Positions 18,815 through 27,835 of a stretch of 64,000 bases of DNA are shown piece by piece. How positions within the stretch are numbered: position 1 is the stretch's first letter; the number at the start of each line of letters is the position of its first letter. The position numbers were made by a program, and so were the translations under genes. Origin of the DNA: Candidatus Fermentibacter sp. (lineage in GTDB: Bacteria > Fermentibacterota > Fermentibacteria > Fermentibacterales > Fermentibacteraceae); NCBI GenBank assembly GCA_030373045.1, contig JAUCPW010000002.1, forward strand, positions 16,985 to 80,984, written 5' to 3'. The notes beneath the pieces were generated by a model. It was given only the letters and a program-made list of their open reading frames with translations. It ran no database searches and was not told the DNA's origin.

Positions 18815-20731
18815 ATGAAGTATCGTCTTATGGCAGTTGTGCTTGTCCTCGCGGGAGCGGCCTCGGCACTCCCTTCCTGGTGGGGCACCAGAGGCCTCAA
18901 CAGGGTGGTCGATGCGCGCACCGTAGGAGCCGGCAGGTACAATGTGGGGCTCTTCGCGAACCTCGGGCTGTCGGGTGACGAGCGCACCGCCGTCATCGGC
19001 AACGAGGAGATGGAGATCACGAACACCGAGTACGACGGAACCGGCTACATCGTTGCCGGCTTCGGCCTCGGGCGCGCCGCGGAACTCGGTCTCCGCGTCA
19101 ACTACATCGTAAACCAGATGAAGAGGGACGGCGACAGCGCCGAGATCTCGGGCGACTGGGAGGGCGACGACGGCTTCAGCGAGGCTACCGCCTCCCTGAA
19201 GTGGAACATCAACCCGAACGCCAACTCGGTATGGTTCGGCATCATGCCCTGGGCGTCCTTCGCTCTCTACGACGGCGGCAACAGCAGCTACGTGGTGAAC
19301 GGCGACGGCTGGGACGGCATCTGGCTGAACGACGAGGGCATCTTCGAGCTCCGCAGGCCCATGATCAGCGCAGGCAGCTTCAGCTACGGCGCCAACCTGC
19401 TCACCACGTTCAACCTCGATCCCGCCGCCCTGCACGTCAACCTGGGCTACCACAAGTTCAACCAGTCCTTCGAGTACACCGACCTCCGGTACAACGCCGC
19501 CCACGAGGTCACCGCCACCCAGGACGTCGACATCGAAGTCGAGGATGCGGTCCTCTACACCGGCGCCGGCATCGAGTACCCGGTCGGCACCACGACCCTC
19601 TTCGCCGAGGTCGAGTGGCGCCACTTCATGGACAGGAACTTCGACAACGGCGACGGCGAGGATTATGACGACATAATCCAGGTCGCCCCCGGCGTCCGCT
19701 TCAACAACGACGGCCTCGCCATCGACGTCACCGGCTCCTTCGCCCTGACCGACTTCAGCCCCGAGTGGAGCGACCTCGGCCACGGCATCTTCCAGTCCGG
19801 CGGCACGCCCACCGAGCAGGAAAGGGCCGACCGCTCGCCCTTCCCGCAGGGCTACGCCCCCAAGATGGGCCTCGGGATAGGCCTCTCCTACACCGGCACG
19901 TTCCGCAACCCTCCCGCCGAGATCGGCGGCAGGGTATACGACTCCGAGACGGGCGAGGCCCTCTATGGCTCCGTCACCGCCTCCAGGGACGACGTAGAGC
20001 CGGTCAACACCACCCAGGAGGGCTCCTACGCGATGGAAGCCTCCAGGGGCGAGATCACCCTCACGGGTTCCGCCGAGGGCTACCTCCCCTCTAGCGAGAC
20101 GGTCGATCTGGCTTCGGGCGGCACCTACACGGTCGACTTCCCGCTGACCCGGATCGAGACCTCGGGTGTCGTCACCGGCACCGTCACCGACATCGCCACC
20201 GGCCAGCCCCTGGACGCCATCGTGTCCAGCGGCTCTGTCCAGGCCCAGACCGCTTCCGACGGCTCCTACTCCATCGAGCTGCCCTCGGGCAACAGGAACC
20301 TCACCGCGACGGCCTCCGCCTACGGGCCCGAGTCGGCGATGGTCGACGTGCCCGCCGGCGGTTCTGCGGAGCACGACTTCCAGCTCGGTCTCGTGGTGGA
20401 CTTCGACAAGGTCTACTTCGACCTGGACAGCTCCGTCCTGAGGCGTGACGCCAAGGAGGCCCTCGACGAGATCGCGGCCTTCCTGCTGGCCAACCCCGGC
20501 GTGAGCGTCACGATCACCGGCAACACCTGCGACCTCGGCGAGGAGGACTACAACCAGGCCCTCGCGGAGCGCAGGGCCGAAGCCGTCCGCTCCTATCTCG
20601 TCTCCAAGGGCGTCAGCGAGTCAAGGCTCCAGACCGTGAGCTACGGCGAGTCCAGGCCCGATGCCCCGAACACCGACGAGGAGCACAGGGCTCTCAACCG
20701 CAGAGCCGAGTTCGTCATCCTCGGCCGTTAG
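18815..20731 (+). CDS. OmpA-family outer-membrane protein (barrel + CarboxypepD_reg-like repeats + OmpA_C)
   Basis: ATG after AAGGAGGA. Signal peptide MKYRLMAVVLVLAGAASA. C-terminal FDLDSSVL...NQALAERRAEAV...NRRAEFVI is the OmpA/MotB peptidoglycan-binding signature. Confidence 0.85.
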   Translation: MKYRLMAVVLVLAGAASALPSWWGTRGLNRVVDARTVGAGRYNVGLFANLGLSGDERTAVIGNEEMEITNTEYDGTGYIVAGFGLGRAAELGLRVNYIVNQMKRDGDSAEISGDWEGDDGFSEATASLKWNINPNANSVWFGIMPWASFALYDGGNSSYVVNGDGWDGIWLNDEGIFELRRPMISAGSFSYGANLLTTFNLDPAALHVNLGYHKFNQSFEYTDLRYNAAHEVTATQDVDIEVEDAVLYTGAGIEYPVGTTTLFAEVEWRHFMDRNFDNGDGEDYDDIIQVAPGVRFNNDGLAIDVTGSFALTDFSPEWSDLGHGIFQSGGTPTEQERADRSPFPQGYAPKMGLGIGLSYTGTFRNPPAEIGGRVYDSETGEALYGSVTASRDDVEPVNTTQEGSYAMEASRGEITLTGSAEGYLPSSETVDLASGGTYTVDFPLTRIETSGVVTGTVTDIATGQPLDAIVSSGSVQAQTASDGSYSIELPSGNRNLTATASAYGPESAMVDVPAGGSAEHDFQLGLVVDFDKVYFDLDSSVLRRDAKEALDEIAAFLLANPGVSVTITGNTCDLGEEDYNQALAERRAEAVRSYLVSKGVSESRLQTVSYGESRPDAPNTDEEHRALNRRAEFVILGR

Positions 20732-20747
20732 CGGTACTTGTCCGCAG

Positions 20748-20776
20748 GGGGGGCGGGAGCGATCCCGCCCCCCTTT
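20748..20776 (+). terminator. Rho-independent terminator
   Basis: GGGGGGCGGGA-GCGA-TCCCGCCCCCC followed by TTT, 17 nt after the OmpA-family stop. Confidence 0.65.
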
Positions 20777-20859
20777 CCGTTACCGTTGCCCCCGGCATCC
20801 CCCTGTGCGAGATTCGATCCAGCCGGTCTCACCGGTCCCCGATCCGGCCGGAGGGTGTG

Positions 20860-22866
20860 ATGATCAGGACTTCCGACCTCTACTCGTTCATCGAGAGCAA
20901 CTTCGAGTTCCTCATGGCGGTCGACTCGAGCGAAACCGTGCTGCATTCGAGCCGCCTCCTCCTCCGCGCCTGCGGACCCGGCGAGCTGTCCCACGAAGGG
21001 CTGAGGCTCGAACAGATCCTCTCCCCGGCTTCGCTCAGGAGCATGCGTTCGGGGATGGCCCTGGCCAGGGAGGGGCAGAGGAGGCTTGCGGTCTTCTCGC
21101 CCGTCGAGTTCCCCTCGTGCGAGATCCCTCTCAAGACCGGCTATGTCGGAAGCTCCGAGGGTGAAGGCGTCTGGGTCTTCTTCGGGTCACAGCTCGACGG
21201 GATCAACAGGCAGACGGACTTCGACCGCGAGGAGAGGATCAAGGAGCTCGCCTGCCTGTACGCCGTCGCCGAGTGGATAGAGATATCGAGCGACGTCCCG
21301 GAGTTCTTCACCAAACTGCCGGACTACCTCGGCAAGGGGATGCTCTATCCCGGGCAGGTGATGGTCTTTTCCACCTATCAGGGCCGCGAGTACGGGCAGA
21401 TGCCACCAGGCGAGGGCTACATCTCCACCAAGCTGCTGTCGAACCAGCAGATAGCGGGCGAGATAAGGGTGGGGTACGCCAATCCGGCGCTGGAACTCCT
21501 CCCCGAGGAACAGAGGATGCTGAGCGAGATCGGCAGGATGCTCAACCTCGCCCTGGAGCGCAAGGAATTGCGCGACAGGATGATCCTCAGGCAGGAGGAG
21601 GAGGCCGCGTTCACCCGCCGGTTCGCCGAGATGCAGTCCGAGATCGAGGCGCGCACCGGTGAGCTCGAGCAGCAGAAGACCAGGCTGGACATGGTGAACA
21701 TGTACCTGGAGAACGTCGACAGGGAGTGGAACGAGTCCTCCGCCCAGCTCGCCTCCATGTTCCAGGCCATCCCGGACGACGTCGCCGTCGTGGATCTGGA
21801 CAGGAACATCGTGATGACGAACCGGGAGGGCACCTCCAGCGGGAAGTGCCATGCCCAGTTCTTCGGCAGCGACACGCCGTGCACCGACTGCCGCCTGTCG
21901 AGGATCAGGAGGGACAGGACCCCGATCGTACACACCATCAGGTCGGGCAACCGCTTCCTCGAAGTCCACGCCATCCCCGTCTTCGACCGGAACCGCGAGG
22001 TCGAGGGCATCATCGAGTTCTACAGGGACGTCACCCTCGAGAAGACCTACGAGCAGCAGATCCAGCAGGCCGACAAGCTGGCCTCGCTGGGGCAGCTCGT
22101 CAGCGGCATCGGCCACGAGATCAACAATCCGAACCAGTTCATCCGCGGGAACATCAGGATCATCCGTCAGGCGCTCGAGGACATCCTCCCGATAGTGGAC
22201 GACTACGCCTCGGCCCATCCGGACCTGAAGGTGGCGAAGCTCAGGTACGACTTCTTCAGGAGCAACATCCTCACGCTGGTGGACGACATGGCGCACGGTT
22301 CCGAGAGGATAAGGGGCATAGTCGAGGGCCTCAGGAACTTCGCCCGCAAGGACGAGGGACTCCTCGTCGACAGGGTCGACGTCAACACCCTGATCCAGGC
22401 CGCATCACGGCTGGTGGCCAACGAGGTCCACAAGCACGCCGACATCGTGATGGACCTGGACCCCGGCATCCCCACCTTCGAAGGGAACGCCCAGAAGATC
22501 GAGCAGGTCATAGTGAACCTGCTGGTCAACGCAGCCCAGGCGATGCCCGACGACAGGCGGGGAACGGTCTCGGTGAGGACGGGAGTATCCGACGGCGGTG
22601 TGGTCATCGAGGTGAAGGACGACGGCAGGGGAATGAACGAGAAGACGCTCAGGCAGATCTTCGATCCCTTCTTCACCACCAAGAGGGCGAAGGGCGGGAC
22701 GGGACTGGGGCTGCCGATAGCGTTCAGGATAGTGGAGGAGCACGGGGGGACCATCTCCGTGAGCTCCACGCCCGGCGTGGGGACTGTCTTCACCGTCTCC
22801 ATCCCGGCCGGTAAGGCGGCGCCCGGAGCGGCGGTCCGCGCCGAGACCCGCACCCCGGAGGCATGA
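20860..22866 (+). CDS. PAS-domain sensor histidine kinase
   Basis: H-box SGIGHEINNPNQFI. HATPase N/G boxes (NLLVNAAQA, DDGRGM, GGTGLGL). A PAS-like region carries CHAQFF...CTDC. An alternative GTG start lies at 20857. Confidence 0.85.
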   Translation: MIRTSDLYSFIESNFEFLMAVDSSETVLHSSRLLLRACGPGELSHEGLRLEQILSPASLRSMRSGMALAREGQRRLAVFSPVEFPSCEIPLKTGYVGSSEGEGVWVFFGSQLDGINRQTDFDREERIKELACLYAVAEWIEISSDVPEFFTKLPDYLGKGMLYPGQVMVFSTYQGREYGQMPPGEGYISTKLLSNQQIAGEIRVGYANPALELLPEEQRMLSEIGRMLNLALERKELRDRMILRQEEEAAFTRRFAEMQSEIEARTGELEQQKTRLDMVNMYLENVDREWNESSAQLASMFQAIPDDVAVVDLDRNIVMTNREGTSSGKCHAQFFGSDTPCTDCRLSRIRRDRTPIVHTIRSGNRFLEVHAIPVFDRNREVEGIIEFYRDVTLEKTYEQQIQQADKLASLGQLVSGIGHEINNPNQFIRGNIRIIRQALEDILPIVDDYASAHPDLKVAKLRYDFFRSNILTLVDDMAHGSERIRGIVEGLRNFARKDEGLLVDRVDVNTLIQAASRLVANEVHKHADIVMDLDPGIPTFEGNAQKIEQVIVNLLVNAAQAMPDDRRGTVSVRTGVSDGGVVIEVKDDGRGMNEKTLRQIFDPFFTTKRAKGGTGLGLPIAFRIVEEHGGTISVSSTPGVGTVFTVSIPAGKAAPGAAVRAETRTPEA

Positions 22867-24254
22867 TGGGCGATCCCGCGAGGATACTGATAGTCGACGA
22901 CGATGCGGCGGTGACCAACTTCCTCACCGTGTTCCTCATGCAGACGGAGAGATACGAGCCTGTCGTGACCAACGACTCGAGGAGGGTCCCGGCCCTGCTG
23001 GAATCGGAGATGCCCGATCTGGTCCTGCTCGACATGGACATGCCCGGGCTGAGCGGGATAGACATCCTGAGGCACATCCACGACCGGGGGGTCGGAGTGC
23101 CGGTGATAGTCCTCACCGGTGTCAGCGACATCGACCTCGCCGTGAAGGCCATGAAACTCGGAGCGTTCGACTATCTCACCAAACCCGCCGACGACGAGAT
23201 GCTCCTCGACACCCTGGACAGGGCTCTGGAGCACGGCGCCCTGAGCAGGTCCCTGGACGGGCTGCCGGAGGATACCAGCCGCGAGGAGCTGGCGAATCCG
23301 GAGGCCTTCGAGCCGCTGATCTCGAACCAGCCCTCGCTCCGGAAGATCTTCCTCAGGGCGGAGATGATCGCCGCGGGCGACTCGCCCGTCCTGATCCACG
23401 GCGAGCACGGGACGGGCAAGGAGGCGCTGGCCAGGGCGATCCACAGGGCCAGCAGGCGGAGGGAGGGCCCCTTCACCGCCTTCGATGCGGCCGCGGTACC
23501 TTCGGAAGCGCTGCCCGGAGAGCTCTTCGGGATGGTGAGGGACTTCAGCGGCAGCCAGGACGACAGGCCCGGCTTCCTCGAGGCAGCCTCCGGGGGAACC
23601 CTCTTCCTCGACAGCATCGAGCTCCTGTCCCCGCAGGTGCAGACACGCCTGCGCAGGGTCATGCAGAACGGCGAGTTCTACAGGGAGAGATCGGCGGAGA
23701 TCAGGACGATCGACCTGAGGCTTGTCGTCTCGACCGCGGTCGATCTCGACTCGGACGAGTACAGGGAGTCATTCTCGCGGGATCTGCTGTACCACCTCAT
23801 GGTGAACTCGCTCGAGATACCGCCCCTGAAGGAGCACCCCTCGGACATCCCGCCCCTCGCCGGGCACTTCGCGAGGCAGGCGGCCGGGAGAGCCGGGAGG
23901 GCTCCGGTGAACCTGTCGGCCACTCTGCTGGCGGCGCTCTCCCAGTACGACTTCCCCGGCAACGTCGAGGAGCTCGAGTCCATCGTCGGGCACTGCATAC
24001 TGAACACGCGGCCCGGCATCGAACCGGGGCCGGAGAGCCTCCCGCCGTTCACCCTGGTGAGGATGATGGGCGCGGGTGCGCGCACATCGTTCGTCCCCTC
24101 GAGGCTCGACGAAGTCATTTCACAGTACGTGGCCCGGACGCTCGCGCATTTCGGCGGTGACGCGGAGCAGGCGTCGGCGGCGCTCGGACTGACGGTCGAG
24201 GAACTCGGCAGACTGCTCGCGAACGACAGGGGGGAGCCGGTCACTCCCCCCTGA
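22863..24254 (+). CDS. NtrC-family response regulator (REC + AAA+ + HTH) with a non-canonical GAFTGA loop
   Basis: ILIVDDD...LLDMDMPG (REC). Walker A GEHGTGKE. GTLFLDSIE. C-terminal HTH. The ATG overlaps the kinase stop. Confidence 0.8.
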   Translation: MMGDPARILIVDDDAAVTNFLTVFLMQTERYEPVVTNDSRRVPALLESEMPDLVLLDMDMPGLSGIDILRHIHDRGVGVPVIVLTGVSDIDLAVKAMKLGAFDYLTKPADDEMLLDTLDRALEHGALSRSLDGLPEDTSREELANPEAFEPLISNQPSLRKIFLRAEMIAAGDSPVLIHGEHGTGKEALARAIHRASRRREGPFTAFDAAAVPSEALPGELFGMVRDFSGSQDDRPGFLEAASGGTLFLDSIELLSPQVQTRLRRVMQNGEFYRERSAEIRTIDLRLVVSTAVDLDSDEYRESFSRDLLYHLMVNSLEIPPLKEHPSDIPPLAGHFARQAAGRAGRAPVNLSATLLAALSQYDFPGNVEELESIVGHCILNTRPGIEPGPESLPPFTLVRMMGAGARTSFVPSRLDEVISQYVARTLAHFGGDAEQASAALGLTVEELGRLLANDRGEPVTPP

Positions 24255-24358
24255 ATGCGATCTCCGTGACACACACGGACAATCCGCCCGCAGTGCGAAC
24301 GTGGAGCCCGAGGGACGCCGGAGCTTCACTCCCCGCGGAATGCGATCTCCGTGACACA
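24241..24358. repeat. 33-bp direct repeat pair at the convergent gene junction
   Basis: TCACTCCCC(CCT/GCG)GAATGCGATCTCCGTGACACA occurs at 24241 and 24326, 85 bp apart. Confidence 0.8.
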
Positions 24359-25261
24359 GAGGATGAACCTGTCGTACTCCACCGTGTAGCCTTCATCCGT
24401 CTCGAGTTCCAGCCTGCTGATGCCCTCGAGGATCGATTCCGGCACGCGGTAGACCACCAGGGCCCTCCCCGACTCCGGAGAAGGCAAGCCGTCCACGGTG
24501 AGCGTCCTCCGCCACGTACCCCAGAGGGCGTCGACCTCTTCGACGTCGACGATGTCGCGGGACCATCCGTAGAGGAAAGGCAGCAGATCCCCGCTCACCA
24601 GGGCCGAGTTCCTCATCAGCTCGACGGGGTTCTCGAGAACCGAGGCATTCACCGGCATGACAGTCAGCCCGGCGCAGGACGGGATCAGCAGGGCCACCGG
24701 CATGTCCTCGAAGCCCTCAGCTATGTCGACGCCGACCTCCGCCGGCTGCAGGGGCAGCAGGCCGGGGTCGACGGTGCACTCGTAGTACAGGAGCTTGTCC
24801 ACGTATCCCTCGCCGGTCACGAGGGTCATGCTCTGCGGAACGCGCCATCCCGTGGCGTCCCATCCGTCTATCGTGGAGGGATGGACCCTGCCCGCCAGCA
24901 CGTCACCGGGTGCGGAGTCCCTCTCCGCCCAGTCTGCGGTGATCCGCCAGGTGGCGGGACCCGAGGAGGGAACCGGCCAGGTGGTGGTGATCTCGCCGGA
25001 TACGGCCTCCACGGTGAAGCGGCCCGTGAAGGGAGGGCCGTAGAAGTACACGACCGGCGCCCTGTCCACGAGGACGTCTCCGGGCATGTAGAGGGTGGAC
25101 GGGTCGGCCTCCCCCGCCGGGTGGGCGGCCATGACCGCTCCCTGGCCTCCCGTGGAAATCACGCCCCATTCGTGGACTTCGACCACCGGCATCTCGCGGC
25201 CTTCTGCCGCGGGCTGCGCGGTCAGCAGTGCTGCCGCCATGGAAAAGAGGATGTGGATCAC
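24326..25261 (-). CDS. Hypothetical secreted protein
   Basis: GTG start. Signal-like MIHILFSMAAALLTAQPAAEG. No recognised family. Lies downstream of xth on the same strand. Confidence 0.55.
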   Translation of the reverse strand: MIHILFSMAAALLTAQPAAEGREMPVVEVHEWGVISTGGQGAVMAAHPAGEADPSTLYMPGDVLVDRAPVVYFYGPPFTGRFTVEAVSGEITTTWPVPSSGPATWRITADWAERDSAPGDVLAGRVHPSTIDGWDATGWRVPQSMTLVTGEGYVDKLLYYECTVDPGLLPLQPAEVGVDIAEGFEDMPVALLIPSCAGLTVMPVNASVLENPVELMRNSALVSGDLLPFLYGWSRDIVDVEEVDALWGTWRRTLTVDGLPSPESGRALVVYRVPESILEGISRLELETDEGYTVEYDRFILCVTEIAFRGE

Positions 25262-25307
25262 AGGCCACCTCCATGTTCGTCATACGTTCTACAGCGTGCC
25301 GCGGTCA

Positions 25308-26093
25308 CTATTCCGTGCCGGGCAGATCGAATACTGCTACCACCGGCGCATGGTCGGAAGGCTTCTCCCAACCCCTGGGCTCCCTGTCGATCCCGCATGA
25401 GACGGCGGCTCCGGCGAGATCCTGCGAGGCCAGCACATGGTCCAGCCTCATGCCGATGTTCCTGCGGAAGGATCCCTCCCTGTAGTCCCACCAGCTGAAG
25501 GCCCTGCCCGCCGGGTTGAACACCCTGAAGAGGTCGGTGAGGCCGGCGTCGAGTATGCCCCCGAACCGGGCTCTCTCCTCCGGATGGAAGCAGATGTGCC
25601 CGTCCATGGCGACGGGATCGTCGACATCCTCGTCTCCGGGAGCCACGTTGAAGTCGCCGGCCATCAGGAAGGGGCCTCTCCGGGCCTCCTCCGAGGCTTC
25701 GAGCGCGAGCTCGCCGAGGAAGGCGAGCTTGTCGGCGAATCTGGCCAGCGACGGGTCCCCGCCGTTGGGGACATAGACCGACATCACCGTGATCCCGGCG
25801 GTCCTGGCGAGCAGTACGCGCTTCTGGTCGTCGAGGAACCGCGACGCGAGCCCAGTTCGTATCACTTCGATCCCGTGCCGTGATGCGACCGCCACGCCGT
25901 TGAGGGTCTTCTGCCCCGAGAAGGCCGTGACGTAGCCCCGCTCCCTGAACGGGTCGACGGGGAAGATGGAGTCGACCACCTTGGTCTCCTGCATGAGGAG
26001 GACGTCGGGGTGCCTGGAGTCGATCCAGGAGAGCACCTGTTCAATCCTGGCCCTTATGGAGTTGACGTTCCAGGTCGCCACCTTCAGTCCCAT
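25308..26093 (-). CDS. xth: Exodeoxyribonuclease III
   Basis: The start was trimmed to MGLKVATWNVNSIRAR (GGAAGGAG upstream). Motifs LLMQETK, GDFNVAP and SDHAPV are the EEP-family Xth signature. Confidence 0.9.
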   Translation of the reverse strand: MGLKVATWNVNSIRARIEQVLSWIDSRHPDVLLMQETKVVDSIFPVDPFRERGYVTAFSGQKTLNGVAVASRHGIEVIRTGLASRFLDDQKRVLLARTAGITVMSVYVPNGGDPSLARFADKLAFLGELALEASEEARRGPFLMAGDFNVAPGDEDVDDPVAMDGHICFHPEERARFGGILDAGLTDLFRVFNPAGRAFSWWDYREGSFRRNIGMRLDHVLASQDLAGAAVSCGIDREPRGWEKPSDHAPVVAVFDLPGTE

Positions 26094-26191
26094 CCCGTCT
26101 CCTTCCGCTCCGCCGACTATAACCATCGCGGATTCCCCCGCCTGGTCCACCGGGCTGCCCTGCCTCCCCCCCCCGCCTGTATGTTCCGCCC

Positions 26192-27829
26192 ATGCTCGAG
26201 ATATCCAAGAGAAACGAAGTCCTGGCGGCGGCCGTGATTCTGGCCCTGGCCGCCCTCGTGCGCACCGGCGTCGCGGCGAGGAACCCCATGCCCGCCGGGG
26301 ATGGCGTGGCCTCCGAGCTCGAGATGGCCAGGAACCTGCTCGACGGAAGAGGATGGTCCACTCAGAGGAAATGGACCCTCTACGATCCCTCGACGGCCTC
26401 GCTGAGGCCGGAGGGGAACAGGCAGCCGGCCATGTCGACACTGCTGGCGCTGGCCTTCCTGACGGCGGGGGTATCCTTCCGCACCGCCCAGGCCGTCTCC
26501 ATGCTCCTGGGAATCGGGGCACTGCTGGCGGCATGGTGGTGGGCCAGGAGGACGTTCGGCCGCGCCGCGGCACTCGCTTCGCTGGCGTGGCTCTCGCTCG
26601 ATCCGGCCATGGTCTGGTTCTCCACCCAGCCGGACAGCCTCCTCCTCTTCACGGCGCTGTTCTTCGTGATACTGGCCGGCTTCTCGGGCTCCGAGCCAAC
26701 GATCAGGATCTCCGTCCTGGCGGGCCTCCTGTCCGGTGTTTCCTACCTCGCGAGGACGCAGGGGCTCGTGCTGGGCATGTCTCTCGGCCTGTGGGTGCTG
26801 CTGCGGGGAGGCAGGGGCAGGCTGGACAGGGCGTCGGTCTTCGCCTGCGCCTTCCTGGCCGTGGCACTGCCGTGGTTCCTCCGCAACGCCGATGCTTTCG
26901 GATCGCCCCTCTACTCCCAGAACGGCCAGTTCCTCCTCAACGAGAATCACTGGGCGGCCTGGGAGGTGCGCGACACGGCGCCGGGCCCTTCGGACATGCT
27001 CAGACACGGCGGCGTCCCTGCCGTGGCCCGGGCCCTGGGCGCAGGGGTGTTCAGGGTGATCGAGCCCCTGACGATCGGCACCCTGCACAGGGGCGAGGTG
27101 TTCGGCTGGCCTCCGCTAGTCCTCTTCACCGCATGCGCCCTGCTCGCGCTTCGCAGGCGCGGGACCAGGAGGCTGATGGTGCTCCCGGCCTTCGCCTCCG
27201 TCCCCATGGCAGCGAGCCTCGTGCTGCACGAGCATGCCGCCAGGTACCTGCTGTTCCTGACTACGGTCGTGATCTGCCTGGGGATCGCCGGTGCAGTGGA
27301 GATGACCGGCACCCTCGGACCCGGCCGCCGGTGGCGGACCGCCCTGGCGGCCCTGGCCGCGCTGCTGCTGGTCCGCCCTGCGGCGGCCCTCCTGGGGAGC
27401 GACACGCGTGCCCGCGCCGCCGAGGCGGCGGAGATGTCCCGGTGGATAACGGAGAACACGGAGCCGGACGACTGGGTCGTCACGTTCCCCGGCGTAGAGC
27501 TGATGATCTGGGATTACAGGAGACCGACCCTCACGATGCCCAACGACTACGAGATGCTGCTCTGGCCGTGCCTCGAGGAGCACGGCGTGCGCTACGTGGT
27601 GGTCGATCCCGACCTGCCCGCGATGCGCCCGCGCCTCTCTTCGAGATGGAGGATGGCCCCGGACGGATCGGGCTGGGAGGTCGTCGATCCGCCCCCGTTC
27701 CTGACGGAGGTCCACCGGAGCCGGTCGGGGCGGACTCTGGTCTATGAGTGGACCGGGAGCGTGCCCGAGGGTTTCATGTACGAGGAGAACCTGCCGAGGG
27801 ACAACTGCAGGGCGCTGCCGCCGGGATAG
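26192..27829 (+). CDS. Polytopic membrane glycosyltransferase, ArnT/PMT (GT39/83)-like
   Basis: Multiple hydrophobic helices. N-terminal loop GDGVASELEMARNLLDGRGW is typical of ArnT-like proteins. Confidence 0.6.
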   Translation: MLEISKRNEVLAAAVILALAALVRTGVAARNPMPAGDGVASELEMARNLLDGRGWSTQRKWTLYDPSTASLRPEGNRQPAMSTLLALAFLTAGVSFRTAQAVSMLLGIGALLAAWWWARRTFGRAAALASLAWLSLDPAMVWFSTQPDSLLLFTALFFVILAGFSGSEPTIRISVLAGLLSGVSYLARTQGLVLGMSLGLWVLLRGGRGRLDRASVFACAFLAVALPWFLRNADAFGSPLYSQNGQFLLNENHWAAWEVRDTAPGPSDMLRHGGVPAVARALGAGVFRVIEPLTIGTLHRGEVFGWPPLVLFTACALLALRRRGTRRLMVLPAFASVPMAASLVLHEHAARYLLFLTTVVICLGIAGAVEMTGTLGPGRRWRTALAALAALLLVRPAAALLGSDTRARAAEAAEMSRWITENTEPDDWVVTFPGVELMIWDYRRPTLTMPNDYEMLLWPCLEEHGVRYVVVDPDLPAMRPRLSSRWRMAPDGSGWEVVDPPPFLTEVHRSRSGRTLVYEWTGSVPEGFMYEENLPRDNCRALPPG

Positions 27830-27835
27830 GGAGGC

